Origin: a virus
DNA length: 64,000 nt
Strand: one strand, 5' to 3'
IMG/VR virus record: IMGVR_UViG_3300044630_001234
The number at the start of each line of letters is the position of its first letter. The stretch's first letter is position 1. Shown here in pieces: positions 46,301 to 54,786 of the stretch. The notes under the pieces are model-generated. The model saw nothing but the letters and a program-made list of their open reading frames with translations, was not told the DNA's origin and ran no database searches. The position numbers were made by a program, and so were the translations under genes.

Positions 46301-49300
46301 GTGTTGAATAATCTAGCAGGCGAGTATCCGTAGGTTTCTGATGGTACATTGACTCTGAGAAAATACCCAGTTTGTAGTATACTCTTTCTTTCTAAGGTTA
46401 ATCTTCTGGTGTCATAGACCACGCTACCCGTAATGTTAGGAACGTGATTTTGCTGGAATAATTTTGGAGAATTTTTAATACTCGGAGATCTAAGATCATA
46501 AGACGGGCCGCCAACTGTTGAACTCTTAGTAAATGGAGTTACAACGGCTGCAACAGCACCAGTTATTTCAGTAACATTACTAGTTGGGAATGCTCTACCT
46601 GTACCCCAAATAATACGTACAGCTCCTTGGCCGCCCCACCCACCACCATAGCTGGTACCAGAGCCACCGCCACCGCCACCGTATTTTCCGCCATTGATTG
46701 TCTTAAAACCGCTTTGTCCCGAACCTTCGCCACCACGGCCTTGTTCGCCACCCGAACCACCAAATCCACCATAGAATTGTCCGCTAGCGCCACCACTCGA
46801 TCCTTGACCATATATACCTACACCGCCGCCTGCTGGTACGCCATATGTACTTGAATACCAGCCACCTGTACCGCCGCCGCCGCCTGCAGGAGCGGCATTA
46901 CCACTGCTACTACCACCATATGAGTCTGCGCCACGGCCTGTATATCCTCCAGCACCAGCTCCACCGTAATTCCATGATCCGTCAAAGGCACCATTACCAC
47001 CTCGTCCACCACCATCACCTTGATAGCCACCACCATAGCCACCACCAAACGAAGTAGCATTGGGGCCACCGCGCCCTCCGCCGTATCCTGCTACTGTAGC
47101 AGTTGAGATAAAGTAACTGGTACCACCTAGGTTTGTGCTATTGTTATTTGCATTAGCAGTCGATTCGCCACCTGATCCTACTACAACGGTATAGGTCTGA
47201 CCAGGTGTAACTGAGATGTTGTTTTTCCATCCCAAACCACCGCCACCACCGCCACCTGAACTCCAAGTGCTGCCGCCACCACCACCGCCACCTACTGCTA
47301 CAACACTCACTGATGTAACTCCTGCTGGAGCGACCCATGAATATGTACCTGTGGTAATATAAGTTGCATCGCCAGGCTGTGCCGGTAATGAACCTGTAAG
47401 CCCTGTTAGATACGGTCCAACTATTGTTCCTGCAATTGGAGTAGTTGTTCCCGTAACATAACAGATAATTTGTGTATTGTTAAGAATAGATTTAACTAGT
47501 ACTGTATTTCCTAGACCAAAACTACCTGTTACTGATGTAGCGGTAACTACAGCAGCCACAGATAGATAGCCAGTGCCCTTAATACCTATTACATTAAATT
47601 CCCACGATGTTGTTGATGTAGCTGTAACTGAAGTAATTGTAGTGTCAGGTATAATTTCGCCAGTGGCGTATATCGCATTAAGTATTCCAGTAGTAGGAGC
47701 TACAGATCCGCCAAATGCAGAAACTGTAATCGATGAAGTTCCAGTATTGGTAACATATACAACATTTCCTGTACCTAGTGTAGCAGATCTCTCAACTACA
47801 GAAATTACAGATTTAGAAGGTAATTCAAGACTTGACGACATTCCAGTAATTGTAAATGTCCAGGGTCCGACTAATGGTGTTCTAAACGTTGGTAATGATG
47901 TACCGGCTGACGCAGAAAATGTAAATGTTACTCCTGTAGCAGTGAAAGTGTGTATAGTATAAGTACCGGCTGTGGTTACAGTTCCGCCCTGACATCTCTG
48001 TGAGCCAGGATATCTAACAATAACAATACCACTGCCGCCAGAGCCTGATCCACTAGACCAACCACCGTTCGCAGCCCAGTAACTTCCACCACCACCGCCG
48101 CCCCCTGTGCCTGCAATAGCGTTAGGTGTTCCGCTACCTGTAGTAGTAGCATTAACTTCGTTGGTATATACGTTATAATTGTAGTAGGTTGTAGTACCAG
48201 CACCGCGTCCGCCGCCTGCAAATCCATCACCTGCTCGTTCACTACTGTTACCACCGCCACCGCCCCCGCCTGCATACCATCGCCATGTGCCAGAGATATC
48301 AAATGCTTTACCAGCGCCACCATTACCGCCTGGTGCTGAACCTGATCCATTTACACCTGCACCACCAGCTCCACCACCACCAGCTCCTGTCCATGTATAG
48401 CCAGTTGTACCACCAGCATTACCATAGGCGGCCGCGCCATTTACACTAGTTTGAGTAGCTGAACCACCACCGTTTTGATAAGCGGAACCTCCGCCTGAAC
48501 CACCGTTCATTTTGCCGCCGTCAAACCCCTGTCCAGTACTTCCGCCGCCACCGCCACCTTGTGCAATATAAGTTCCAAAAGAAGAGTTTCCGCCCTTGTT
48601 GCCGTTGGCGTTTGTTGAGTTAGCAATAGCAACACCACCTGCGCCTACTATAACATCATATGCACTAGATAATGTTACACCAGTAGCATAAAGAACTCCG
48701 CCGCCGCCACCGCCACCGTTACCGTTTGTGGTATTATTGTTACCACCCGATCCGCCACCCGCAACAACTAAAATATCGGCAACAATAGACTGTACAGGGG
48801 GAGGAGTATAAGTGCCACCTGTAGGTGTAATACCGAGAATTGATCCATTGGTGGGAGCAACAGTGGCTGTATTAGCCACTGCAATAATACTGGTACTATT
48901 AGTCACAGTATAAACATAGACTGTGCCGTCACCAAAACTTCCAAAACTGCTTGAATTTGTATTGGCAGAGATTATTGTGCCAAACGTTAGGCCAGATGTC
49001 TGTGTTGAGGATAGTTGCTCAATGGCAAATGCATAAGTTGCTGTGGTTATCAGTTCCACTCCGTAGATATTGGCATTAAGATATACTGGATTAGTAACAG
49101 TATTAATAATTCCAACTCCTGCACCATCACGATTAACAGGAATACTGATTGAATTAGTGCCTGTTGTGAATAACTTTGTCGAAGTTGAATATCCGTAGAC
49201 CGTCGACGGAGTTTGGATACGTTGATAATTAAACGAATTGTTTAATGTAATTATCGTAGCTGAAGTTAATAGGCGTGTAGTTGGATATGCAATGACCAGT

Positions 49301-49485
49301 GGAGTAATAAAACTATTATAGTTTACGCCATCCACTGGTCTATTGCCAAACTCGTAGGCACGCCCATTGGGATAGTATTGTCTGGCATACTCCCCTCTTA
49401 CATTGTACTGAGCAATTACAGTAACCGAAGCTCCAACAACTGTGGTGTTGAAGTTCTTTTTAGATCCGTCAATTACTTGCGGCAT
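40330..49485 (-). CDS. giant glycine-rich structural (fibre/fibril) protein, 3051 aa, with a LamG/ConA-like lectin domain and an internal tandem duplication
   Basis: Single uninterrupted ORF. Poly-Gly tracts (GGGGGGGS...). LamG-like segment (ECWIRPDG...VWSHCAWVYTGSTLNIYVNGSLV...GNARGYSEYFNGYLSNFRLV). Two ~560-aa near-identical blocks (...TGTYSWVAPAGVTSVSVVAVGGGGGGG... / ...TGTYSWTAPSGVTSVSVVAVGGGGGGG...). Confidence 0.7.
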   Translation of the reverse strand: MPQVIDGSKKNFNTTVVGASVTVIAQYNVRGEYARQYYPNGRAYEFGNRPVDGVNYNSFITPLVIAYPTTRLLTSATIITLNNSFNYQRIQTPSTVYGYSTSTKLFTTGTNSISIPVNRDGAGVGIINTVTNPVYLNANIYGVELITTATYAFAIEQLSSTQTSGLTFGTIISANTNSSSFGSFGDGTVYVYTVTNSTSIIAVANTATVAPTNGSILGITPTGGTYTPPPVQSIVADILVVAGGGSGGNNNTTNGNGGGGGGGVLYATGVTLSSAYDVIVGAGGVAIANSTNANGNKGGNSSFGTYIAQGGGGGGSTGQGFDGGKMNGGSGGGSAYQNGGGSATQTSVNGAAAYGNAGGTTGYTWTGAGGGGAGGAGVNGSGSAPGGNGGAGKAFDISGTWRWYAGGGGGGGNSSERAGDGFAGGGRGAGTTTYYNYNVYTNEVNATTTGSGTPNAIAGTGGGGGGGSYWAANGGWSSGSGSGGSGIVIVRYPGSQRCQGGTVTTAGTYTIHTFTATGVTFTFSASAGTSLPTFRTPLVGPWTFTITGMSSSLELPSKSVISVVERSATLGTGNVVYVTNTGTSSITVSAFGGSVAPTTGILNAIYATGEIIPDTTITSVTATSTTSWEFNVIGIKGTGYLSVAAVVTATSVTGSFGLGNTVLVKSILNNTQIICYVTGTTTPIAGTIVGPYLTGLTGSLPAQPGDATYITTGTYSWVAPAGVTSVSVVAVGGGGGGGSTWSSGGGGGGGLGWKNNISVTPGQTYTVVVGSGGESTANANNNSTNLGGTSYFISTATVAGYGGGRGGPNATSFGGGYGGGYQGDGGGRGGNGAFDGSWNYGGAGAGGYTGRGADSYGGSSSGNAAPAGGGGGTGGWYSSTYGVPAGGGVGIYGQGSSGGASGQFYGGFGGSGGEQGRGGEGSGQSGFKTINGGKYGGGGGGSGTSYGGGWGGQGAVRIIWGTGRAFPTSNVTEITGAVAAVVTPFTKSSTVGGPSYDLRSPSIKNSPKLFQQNHVPNITGSVVYDTRRLTLERKSILQTGYFLRVNVPSETYGYSPARLFNTGTLAFTKFYTTSSTSTSISTQVNSEINPSTTGTFVYRVTPITSSSWIFRIYNISSSTVSSLTATSIITATTSSGKLGSFGVGSTVTVSTVTSPTSIIAVAYGGIGSLAPTAGLIDSISVPGGTYTPPVPVETDQNYTAPGTYTFIVPSNATTLSVMAVGAGGAGDDGNSGDGGGGGGSGGSAGFFNNLSVTPGQTLTIVVGLGGIATATKNTKAPDGGLSSVAFGSFTMTVPGGIGGTPYSTNPGAPAPAAPSFANTPGGVTTGGYAGGPGGAGWDGGGGGGGAGGLGGAGGNGSTSYSPSGTLYQSGFNGGAGAGGGGAASFSAGTGGSNSGYSGGAGGAGQNNVTGGGGGGSATYTPIVSSTNGGAGNGLSSAGSRGGEGGFPGGGGGGSWDGGTGLASSGGNGFVRLVWAGTVQAYTGSSYSGVSLGNELLTPPGATKLLGIQFNGGAITISGSYSLTTTGSLTFPTTGGVQNTGHATGWNMASNYLRINELTTVASNWSKTYVAWYKGTQTASGGSYSPSVPIFSDPANSIYWGLGISSGKICVANATQNVGTTLVNTNNWFCLAWVVKSNYQVDAYVNGVKELTNIAVNSSYPGTSYIGNGYPYAGTEAPTALDAIQVISGELTAAQILEIYTAGIASGSSSGVTIPTPLENKYFGVQSAFVSVVSVSSATIRDYNVGTLTNILSVTSDTTPGLITSVSGTNPWTLTIQQLRSTAQFTTGTIVRSTPLGGSFGGNTVIVTEVNSSTSITCIAQNGTLAPTTGTIVGIYSAGPDIGNYIGPVTGVSTLTNTSSYSVSFNGSTSFLQIAHSTNFNLNNLAWTAECWIRPDGDYSAYRAIFCKRVTSSGTTSYEGFLRISTGVISFYNGTEYNSSYTLTAGVWSHCAWVYTGSTLNIYVNGSLVYSVAISMGADNTEPFLIGNARGYSEYFNGYLSNFRLVKGLAVYTGNFTPTTSTLATTQISGTNIAPISTGTYTVLLTCQSTSFIDNSSYNNTITQTSAVVSVINPFTPITTIAPYTFTISGLTSTNAFIYGSIITATNMVGSLGTATVYVTSVLNSEQITCLSTATATSGRIGTVSTTGAVMSFSTVTVPYETITLVASGNLTVTNNGTTDVTVFKTSGSINWDNQAYISTGFTAPVTMEFYKQAAATDNGASYAMIGWNADPTANASYDTIDWAAYPYQSNNFNIHHNGSNLGDQGGSWNPANKFYIVYTTDGYIKHYNGSKLLYSVFKGTGQTVYFDSSFYSVNSTFGGFSNIRIKKSEWLGTDYSTGVALPIINYAPISTSTIYTGFGARSGPAASVLIAGANASETPVIRQRFSALPSDNGNDSMIVTITANSPYAEGNLIGNQATEPVGSYTRDTTVAYGKSRWVIPEYQGFLYGGQQAATVSVNAAGHLGNYVRTADNAKIITTTTRATFSASISIGVDSGAVGTIGTVIGSGPWIFDITGLSSTVGFATKDILSAQARVGNLGQGNIVYITVVNTSSYSISCLAYGSVAPTPGAINSIYSTGELELDPTISSISTITTASWSFTVIGLKGTSNYTAGSIVTITTSSVSGGNGGDGNTVVVSAIGSINQITCYSTGTSTPKLGVISGVVPTGGTGSYPTAGDATYVTTGTYSWTAPSGVTSVSVVAVGGGGGGGHVWSSGGGGGGGLGWKNNIPVTPGVSYTVVVGQGGESTSNASNLSTNLGGTSYFISTATVAGYGGGRGGPGATSFGGGYGGGFLGDGGGRGGNGAFEGSWNRGGAGAGGYAGQGADNAGGYFTAYNPPAGSGAGAASGYYSSTYGVPAGGGVGIFGKGADGVGSSSYFGGGGGSGGEQGRGGEGSGQSGLRIINGGAFGGGGGGSGTSYGGGWGGVGAVRIIWGSGRAFPATNAGAVTAVIAVATATVKSSTIGGSSYNREGSHVYTNRMPYPESIGIDRVDQIVTVDTITNDAVQLKIFAFQNLSAATAGSRSITNSLIGSENFFVAGTGTDGATVLSAYWF
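40605..42285. repeat. intragenic tandem-duplication copy 2 (approx.)
   Basis: Protein-level and shadow-ORF similarity to 46530-48210 (offset ~5.93 kb). Confidence 0.5.
46530..48210. repeat. intragenic tandem-duplication copy 1 (approx.)
   Basis: See copy 2. Minus-strand shadow ORFs 46563..47069 and 40641..41105 share ...VVQVANKAVVAKVRDKAV.... Confidence 0.5.
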
Positions 49486-49500
49486 TAGCTTCTACTACTA

Positions 49501-51228
49501 TTAAATGTCAACGCTGGCAATAATATTATTGACGCCACCACCTGTAATAGTCAAGTTAACAACTGTACTCGCACTAGCACTTGTAGTAACTGTTAAGTTC
49601 TTAGTGCTGTTAGTAGTAAACAACATAGTATTACCATCAATGGCCAAGTTTACAGATGTTGAAATTCGCAGTCCATCTGAGCCATAAGCATCTACTGTAC
49701 AGCTTGTAGAAATGTTACTACCAGTAAAGGTAAAGTTAGTACTGGCCATAACAACGTTGATTGTAACCGGAATAGTAGGAGTAATCATGTGTAATACACC
49801 CTGTGCTTTTTCACGGCTGAATCCCCAAATTCTGTTAGTTTGATCTAGACCAACCATACGGAATTCATACGGATATGTTCCAGTTGGCGCCCACCCTGTG
49901 CTAGAGTTGAAGCTGAAGAACTTCATTTGTAGAGTTACAGGTGCCATCACCTGTGTGCCTGTTGCATTAATAGGCATAAAGTCTCTAGGAATATCGTTGA
50001 CAGTTGGGAATGTGTAAGAACTGTGATAAGTCAATACGTCATCTCCTGTGCCTGAACCAATGGTGTAGGTCATCATTGTACGTTTTTGTGATGTACTCCA
50101 ACGAGTTGGTCCACTGTTGGTATGTGCAAACTTGTCAGTTAACCAGAATGTGATGTAGTTTACACCATCAACTGTAAACTGATAAGGCTTCATGTGCCAG
50201 CTATAGTAGTTGTAACTACTGGTACCTTCAGTGGTATATCTTGTCGCGTAAGTAGCATAGGTATTTGCACCTGAATAGGTCATTGTACAGTTAGTAGCTG
50301 ACACTGAACCATCAGCTGGGTTCCATACATAACGAATTGGTGCTAGGGCACTGTTAGTATCGTAGTGACTACTGTAAAGTACACGACGAGTCGAACTTGC
50401 ACGTCTAATGTTACTTGGCCAAGATTTTGGTGAAGTTAATGAAGTGTTACTTCTATAGCTTGCACTAATTATATCAGTCCTAGCATATGTAGTAGGGTGA
50501 ATTTTATAAAAATAATACTGACTGTAACTGCTGCTATAATCTGTTACGCCTACTGCGTGTATGAATCCCTGATCATCTACACCCATGAAGAAGTTCTTGC
50601 AGTAAGTACCAGGAGTGTCTACAGTACTAAAACTGGTTGTAACAGTTTCATATTGATTGACGTATACCCAGTAATCACCTTGTGATCCGCCCATAGCAAT
50701 ACCCCAAAGTCTACCGTTTGATACATCTTCATAGCAGAAATGGGTTGGCAGGTTAGCAACGTTATTGAAAGATGTTGCCCCCGAGCCAGCAGTTATATCA
50801 GTGCTACCATATAAGAAATTATAGTTATTACCTGCCGATCCTTTGACGTCGCCACCATGGGAGTAATAGGCATTCGCATGTACTTTACCATTAATGGTCT
50901 TCCACATTCTTCTTACTGGAAAATAATTCCAGTCAAGGGATACATTATAGGTAGATTCCATGTTATTATCATAAGGAGTACTTGTGTCAGAGTTAGCCCA
51001 ACATTGGATAGTACCTTTTTCCAAGTACATAATACCCCATGCATCGTCAGCAAATCCTGTATAATAGAGGTCGTTATAGTTAAACGACCAATTTTTTTGG
51101 AATAAAGGAGCTAGGGTAGTAGTATCATGCCCCTGAGTGCTGATAAACAATCTATTGTTAGTTAGCACTGGATCTTCTACTAGAACATAATATCCAGCAC
51201 CTAATCTTTTAACGTGTATTTCAGCCAT
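49501..51228 (-). CDS. hypothetical structural protein (575 aa), beta-rich, Tyr/Thr/Ser-rich
   Basis: Track ORF between the fibre genes. No catalytic motifs. Confidence 0.55.
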   Translation of the reverse strand: MAEIHVKRLGAGYYVLVEDPVLTNNRLFISTQGHDTTTLAPLFQKNWSFNYNDLYYTGFADDAWGIMYLEKGTIQCWANSDTSTPYDNNMESTYNVSLDWNYFPVRRMWKTINGKVHANAYYSHGGDVKGSAGNNYNFLYGSTDITAGSGATSFNNVANLPTHFCYEDVSNGRLWGIAMGGSQGDYWVYVNQYETVTTSFSTVDTPGTYCKNFFMGVDDQGFIHAVGVTDYSSSYSQYYFYKIHPTTYARTDIISASYRSNTSLTSPKSWPSNIRRASSTRRVLYSSHYDTNSALAPIRYVWNPADGSVSATNCTMTYSGANTYATYATRYTTEGTSSYNYYSWHMKPYQFTVDGVNYITFWLTDKFAHTNSGPTRWSTSQKRTMMTYTIGSGTGDDVLTYHSSYTFPTVNDIPRDFMPINATGTQVMAPVTLQMKFFSFNSSTGWAPTGTYPYEFRMVGLDQTNRIWGFSREKAQGVLHMITPTIPVTINVVMASTNFTFTGSNISTSCTVDAYGSDGLRISTSVNLAIDGNTMLFTTNSTKNLTVTTSASASTVVNLTITGGGVNNIIASVDI

Positions 51229-51231
51229 TTT

Positions 51232-51404
51232 TATTCTTCCTCAGTTTGTGGTTTAGTAGCTTCCCACCATGCTAATGCTTCTTCTTCGTCGGCCCATAGT
51301 TCCTGTGATCCAGTATCAGTGGGTTTAAATGGCTGATGTATCAAATGACGTTCTCCGTCAAACACGTCAAGAACTCCATTATTATATACTGTACGTATGC
51401 TCAT
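51232..51404 (-). CDS. small acidic protein (~57 aa), not in the track
   Basis: MSIRTVYNNGVLDVFDGERHLIHQPFKPTDTGSQELWADEEEALAWWEATKPQTEEE. AAGGA Shine-Dalgarno site. Fills the gap between the two structural genes. Confidence 0.4.
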
Positions 51405-54400
51405 TTATATATTCCTTGTATATGTAAAAGTAACGGTCAAATCTGACCCTGCGTTAATGTTTCCAATATTTATCACATCAACAGTGATATAATCATTTGC
51501 ATTGATATTAATTGTTGATGTGTTCAGGGCAGATACCGTTGTTGATGTATTTATAGTCAATGTAGCCGTTGAGTTAGAATTAATATTAACTCTAACATCT
51601 ACGCCCTGTGAACCCACAGGCGCAACTTCTACTCGAGCTTTCATGCTGGTTATTGTGCTGTTTACCGGTACATACCACTTTTCAGTGCCAGGATTCACTG
51701 TTAATACGCCCGGTTTTCTATAGTGTCTTTCTAGTACAGTAGCGCCGCCTGCGCCCCCATCTCCGGGATCACCTTTTTCACCCTTACTACCTGTAAAACC
51801 CTGGGCGCCATTGGCACCGTTTGTACCTGCTGAACCAGTATATCCAATAGGACCAGTATAGCCCATGTCGCCTTTACTACCAGTATATCCAATACTACCT
51901 GTAAAACCTGTTGCGCCAGTGGCACCTCCAGTACCGGCAGTACCTTCCGGGCCTTGGCTACCTGTAAATCCTATTTCACCTTGACTACCTGTAAATCCAG
52001 CAGCACCACGACTACCAGTGTAACCAGGACCACCTTGGCTACCAGTGTAACCTATTTCACCTTGACTACCGTCATAACCTCGAGCACCAACTACTTGGCC
52101 ATTTTGATATATGTTCCCAGTATAATTAATATCACCTCGAACATACAGACCACCGCCAATTCCCATACCGCCGTAGGCCACTACTGCGGCACTGACAGTT
52201 GACGTTGCTGTGGTTACATTAAGGAATAAAAAGGTACTGGTTGTACTTGTTGTTAGGCCAGCAGTACCTGTTAGACCAATAGGTCCTGTGGCGCCACGTG
52301 GCCCTTGACCACCTTGCTTGCTCATTTCTAGAGCTATATAATCAATCCAGGTTCTGTAGCTAATGTTTCCGCCATCGATGTGGTTTAATCTTAGGGTAAC
52401 TGCGCCACCCGAAACATAAGGGTCAGAATCAATTACGCCTAGTGCTAATTGATACCAACCTGGCAATCCAGAATAAACTGCAAATGTATTCCAAGCAGAA
52501 GTAACATAGTTGTATAGATCGATATTAATTGTATGATCAGAACTTTGAGTATAGTTAATGTTTAATACAACACGGTTGAATTCTGTAATACCCGTAAAAC
52601 CAACATAAACAATATATCCAGGACTAGTGACCGCATCATTAATACTGTAGAATCCAGAATTTGTTGCGGTGTTGTAGTCGTTGAATGTTCGAATATCCAG
52701 TACTGTACCAAAATTGTAACTACCATAGGCAGTGTCTGTCCCTGCTAGGGTTGGCAAACCTGCAAACTCACTAGGATCATTGGTAATGTAAGCCGCAGGG
52801 TAGGTTACTGTTAACAGATCGTTTGAAGTGATCACTGAAGATCCACCAACAACTAAAGAACCGCCTACATATAAATTACCACCAATGCCAGCACCACCTG
52901 CTACTACTAATGCACCTGTAGTAGTCGATGCAGATGCAGTTGTGCTGGCTAAAATTGCGGCACCAGTTTTAAATAATCCGTATTCTGTCCCAGTGAATAT
53001 TCCGCCCACCTCTTCACCGTTGCTGTACCACTCTAAATATCCACTAGAGTTATCCAACCCCAAGAATGCATTTTTATCTTGGCCTTTGTAATAGTGATAG
53101 ACAAAACCAATGTCTTTGCCATCATCTATTGTCCAACTATGTTCAGTCCCAGTACTGCCTAAAGGAACGTGTACATTAACTAAGTTATCAGTGTAGACTG
53201 TGTTAGTAGAATATATGTAGGTACTTGTACCGGCAAATATAACATTATTTTGAAAGTATGCGGGACCATCAACATATAAGCTGCCATTAATACCAACTCC
53301 ACCTGCAACATATAACGAATTGTCTACAAGAGTAGAAGTGCTAGATAGCGTAGATAGTATACTAATCCTACCGCCAATGTTTACATCCTGACCTATGCCA
53401 ACTCCCCCAGGTGTTGTAATAGCACCTGTGGTGGTAGAAGTTGAATTAGTTGTAGTGTTTACAAATAAAGTCTGTGATATTTCAGTTTGTCCCAGTGTAC
53501 TAGATAGTCCACTGGATGTGGTTAATACCTCGGCATTGTTAAGATATGCAGTACCTGCAACATATAAATTCTGCCCAATTCGTACATCTAGACCAATGCC
53601 AACACCACCTACAACCTGCAATGCACCTGTGGTAGTTGACGTAGCGTTAGTAGTTGTATTGACAACAAAATCTTGAGTAACCTGTGTTAGACCTTCTACG
53701 CTGGTAATTCTAGAAGAAGTAGTTAATACTTCTGCATCATTAAGATATGCAGTACCACCAACATACAGATTGCCCTGTATGCCTACACCACCGGCAACTT
53801 GCAAGGCTCCAGTTAGTGTTGATATAGCAGTAGTGGTATTGGTTATTGTGAATATTTCAGCAAACGGACTACCGCCGCCTTCACCAATGGATGTATCGTA
53901 ACTAAGTTGACCAGTGGTTGTGTTATAATATACAACAAACGAGGTACCGGTATTAGCAAGTCCACCTACAAATAATGCCCCGCCAATTCCAACTCCGCCT
54001 TGGACCTGCAGAGCACCAGTAGCAGTTGAAGTGGCATTAGTATTAGTGTTAACCTGGAGGGTCTGATTAATAATAGAACTACCTAGAACACTAGAAAGTC
54101 CACTTTGTGTGGTCAATATTTCAGCACCGTTTAGGTAAGCAGTTCCCCCAACGTGTAGATTTCCTGCAACTACCGCGCCGCCTTGAATTCGCAGGGCATT
54201 TGTATTATAGCTGAATCTATCAGACGCTGTTGAAAATATTGTAACAACACCAGCTGTACTAACTGTTACCATTTCGGACCAAGTTCTAACGTTAGAAGAA
54301 GTTGATCCTATTAATATACTGCCGTCAACAGAAGGCGGTCCTAGATCAGGTTCTGCTTGACTGAGGCTAAGATTATTATATCGATCAACGGTGAGTCTAT

Positions 54401-54449
54401 CACCATAAACCTTTTTTACCTTGCCGGTTAAGAGTCTACTGTTACTCAT
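51405..54449 (-). CDS. fibre protein with seven ~50-aa tandem repeats, a collagen-like Gly-X-Y segment and a C-terminal beta domain (1014 aa)
   Basis: Repeats of T(T/N)TNATSTTTGALQVxGGVGIGGNLYVGGTAYLNNAEVLTTSS. Collagen stretch GYTGSQGGPGYTGSRGAAGFTGSQGEIGFTGSQGPEG...GEKGDPGDGG. Confidence 0.7.
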   Translation of the reverse strand: MSNSRLLTGKVKKVYGDRLTVDRYNNLSLSQAEPDLGPPSVDGSILIGSTSSNVRTWSEMVTVSTAGVVTIFSTASDRFSYNTNALRIQGGAVVAGNLHVGGTAYLNGAEILTTQSGLSSVLGSSIINQTLQVNTNTNATSTATGALQVQGGVGIGGALFVGGLANTGTSFVVYYNTTTGQLSYDTSIGEGGGSPFAEIFTITNTTTAISTLTGALQVAGGVGIQGNLYVGGTAYLNDAEVLTTSSRITSVEGLTQVTQDFVVNTTTNATSTTTGALQVVGGVGIGLDVRIGQNLYVAGTAYLNNAEVLTTSSGLSSTLGQTEISQTLFVNTTTNSTSTTTGAITTPGGVGIGQDVNIGGRISILSTLSSTSTLVDNSLYVAGGVGINGSLYVDGPAYFQNNVIFAGTSTYIYSTNTVYTDNLVNVHVPLGSTGTEHSWTIDDGKDIGFVYHYYKGQDKNAFLGLDNSSGYLEWYSNGEEVGGIFTGTEYGLFKTGAAILASTTASASTTTGALVVAGGAGIGGNLYVGGSLVVGGSSVITSNDLLTVTYPAAYITNDPSEFAGLPTLAGTDTAYGSYNFGTVLDIRTFNDYNTATNSGFYSINDAVTSPGYIVYVGFTGITEFNRVVLNINYTQSSDHTINIDLYNYVTSAWNTFAVYSGLPGWYQLALGVIDSDPYVSGGAVTLRLNHIDGGNISYRTWIDYIALEMSKQGGQGPRGATGPIGLTGTAGLTTSTTSTFLFLNVTTATSTVSAAVVAYGGMGIGGGLYVRGDINYTGNIYQNGQVVGARGYDGSQGEIGYTGSQGGPGYTGSRGAAGFTGSQGEIGFTGSQGPEGTAGTGGATGATGFTGSIGYTGSKGDMGYTGPIGYTGSAGTNGANGAQGFTGSKGEKGDPGDGGAGGATVLERHYRKPGVLTVNPGTEKWYVPVNSTITSMKARVEVAPVGSQGVDVRVNINSNSTATLTINTSTTVSALNTSTININANDYITVDVINIGNINAGSDLTVTFTYTRNI

Positions 54450-54783
54450 TGCTTGTTTCTAGAATACTTAGTACTAGGTTAACGCTGGCATTGGCGCCAG
54501 CACTGGCTGTAATGGATGCACCTGTTTCAATAACTAATTTTCCAGTGGTTATTTCGGCAGAGTCGTTTACTGGAATTTCAAAATCTTTCAACATGATAAA
54601 ATTTGTTTCATTTTTAACCAATGTAAATCTCACTGTCACTGGGTCATTACCAATATTGGTGGCCTGGGCACCAAGCACAATAGTAGTAAGACCGTCAGGT
54701 GTGGTGTAAATTGTTGCAGTAGTAGTAGTTAATTCAACTGCTTTTGTTTTAAACGAATTTAAGGGTAGGGCTGCGGTTGCCAT
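54442..54783 (-). CDS. hypothetical small structural-region protein (113 aa)
   Basis: Track ORF. Thr/Ala-rich, beta-type. Confidence 0.5.
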   Translation of the reverse strand: MATAALPLNSFKTKAVELTTTTATIYTTPDGLTTIVLGAQATNIGNDPVTVRFTLVKNETNFIMLKDFEIPVNDSAEITTGKLVIETGASITASAGANASVNLVLSILETSNE

Positions 54784-54786
54784 GTT

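Noticed and set aside
40641-48350. Numerous ORFs in the track on both strands inside the giant genes (40641..41105, 43103..43318, 45261..45497, 45898..46119, 46563..47069, 46627..47057, 47153..47338, 47573..47962, 47976..48350)
   Set aside because: They are entirely contained in the 3051-aa ORF. Gly (GGN) repeat codons produce stop-free, Ala/Val/Pro-rich shadow frames on both strands. They lack Shine-Dalgarno sites and overlap a long ORF with clear domain structure.
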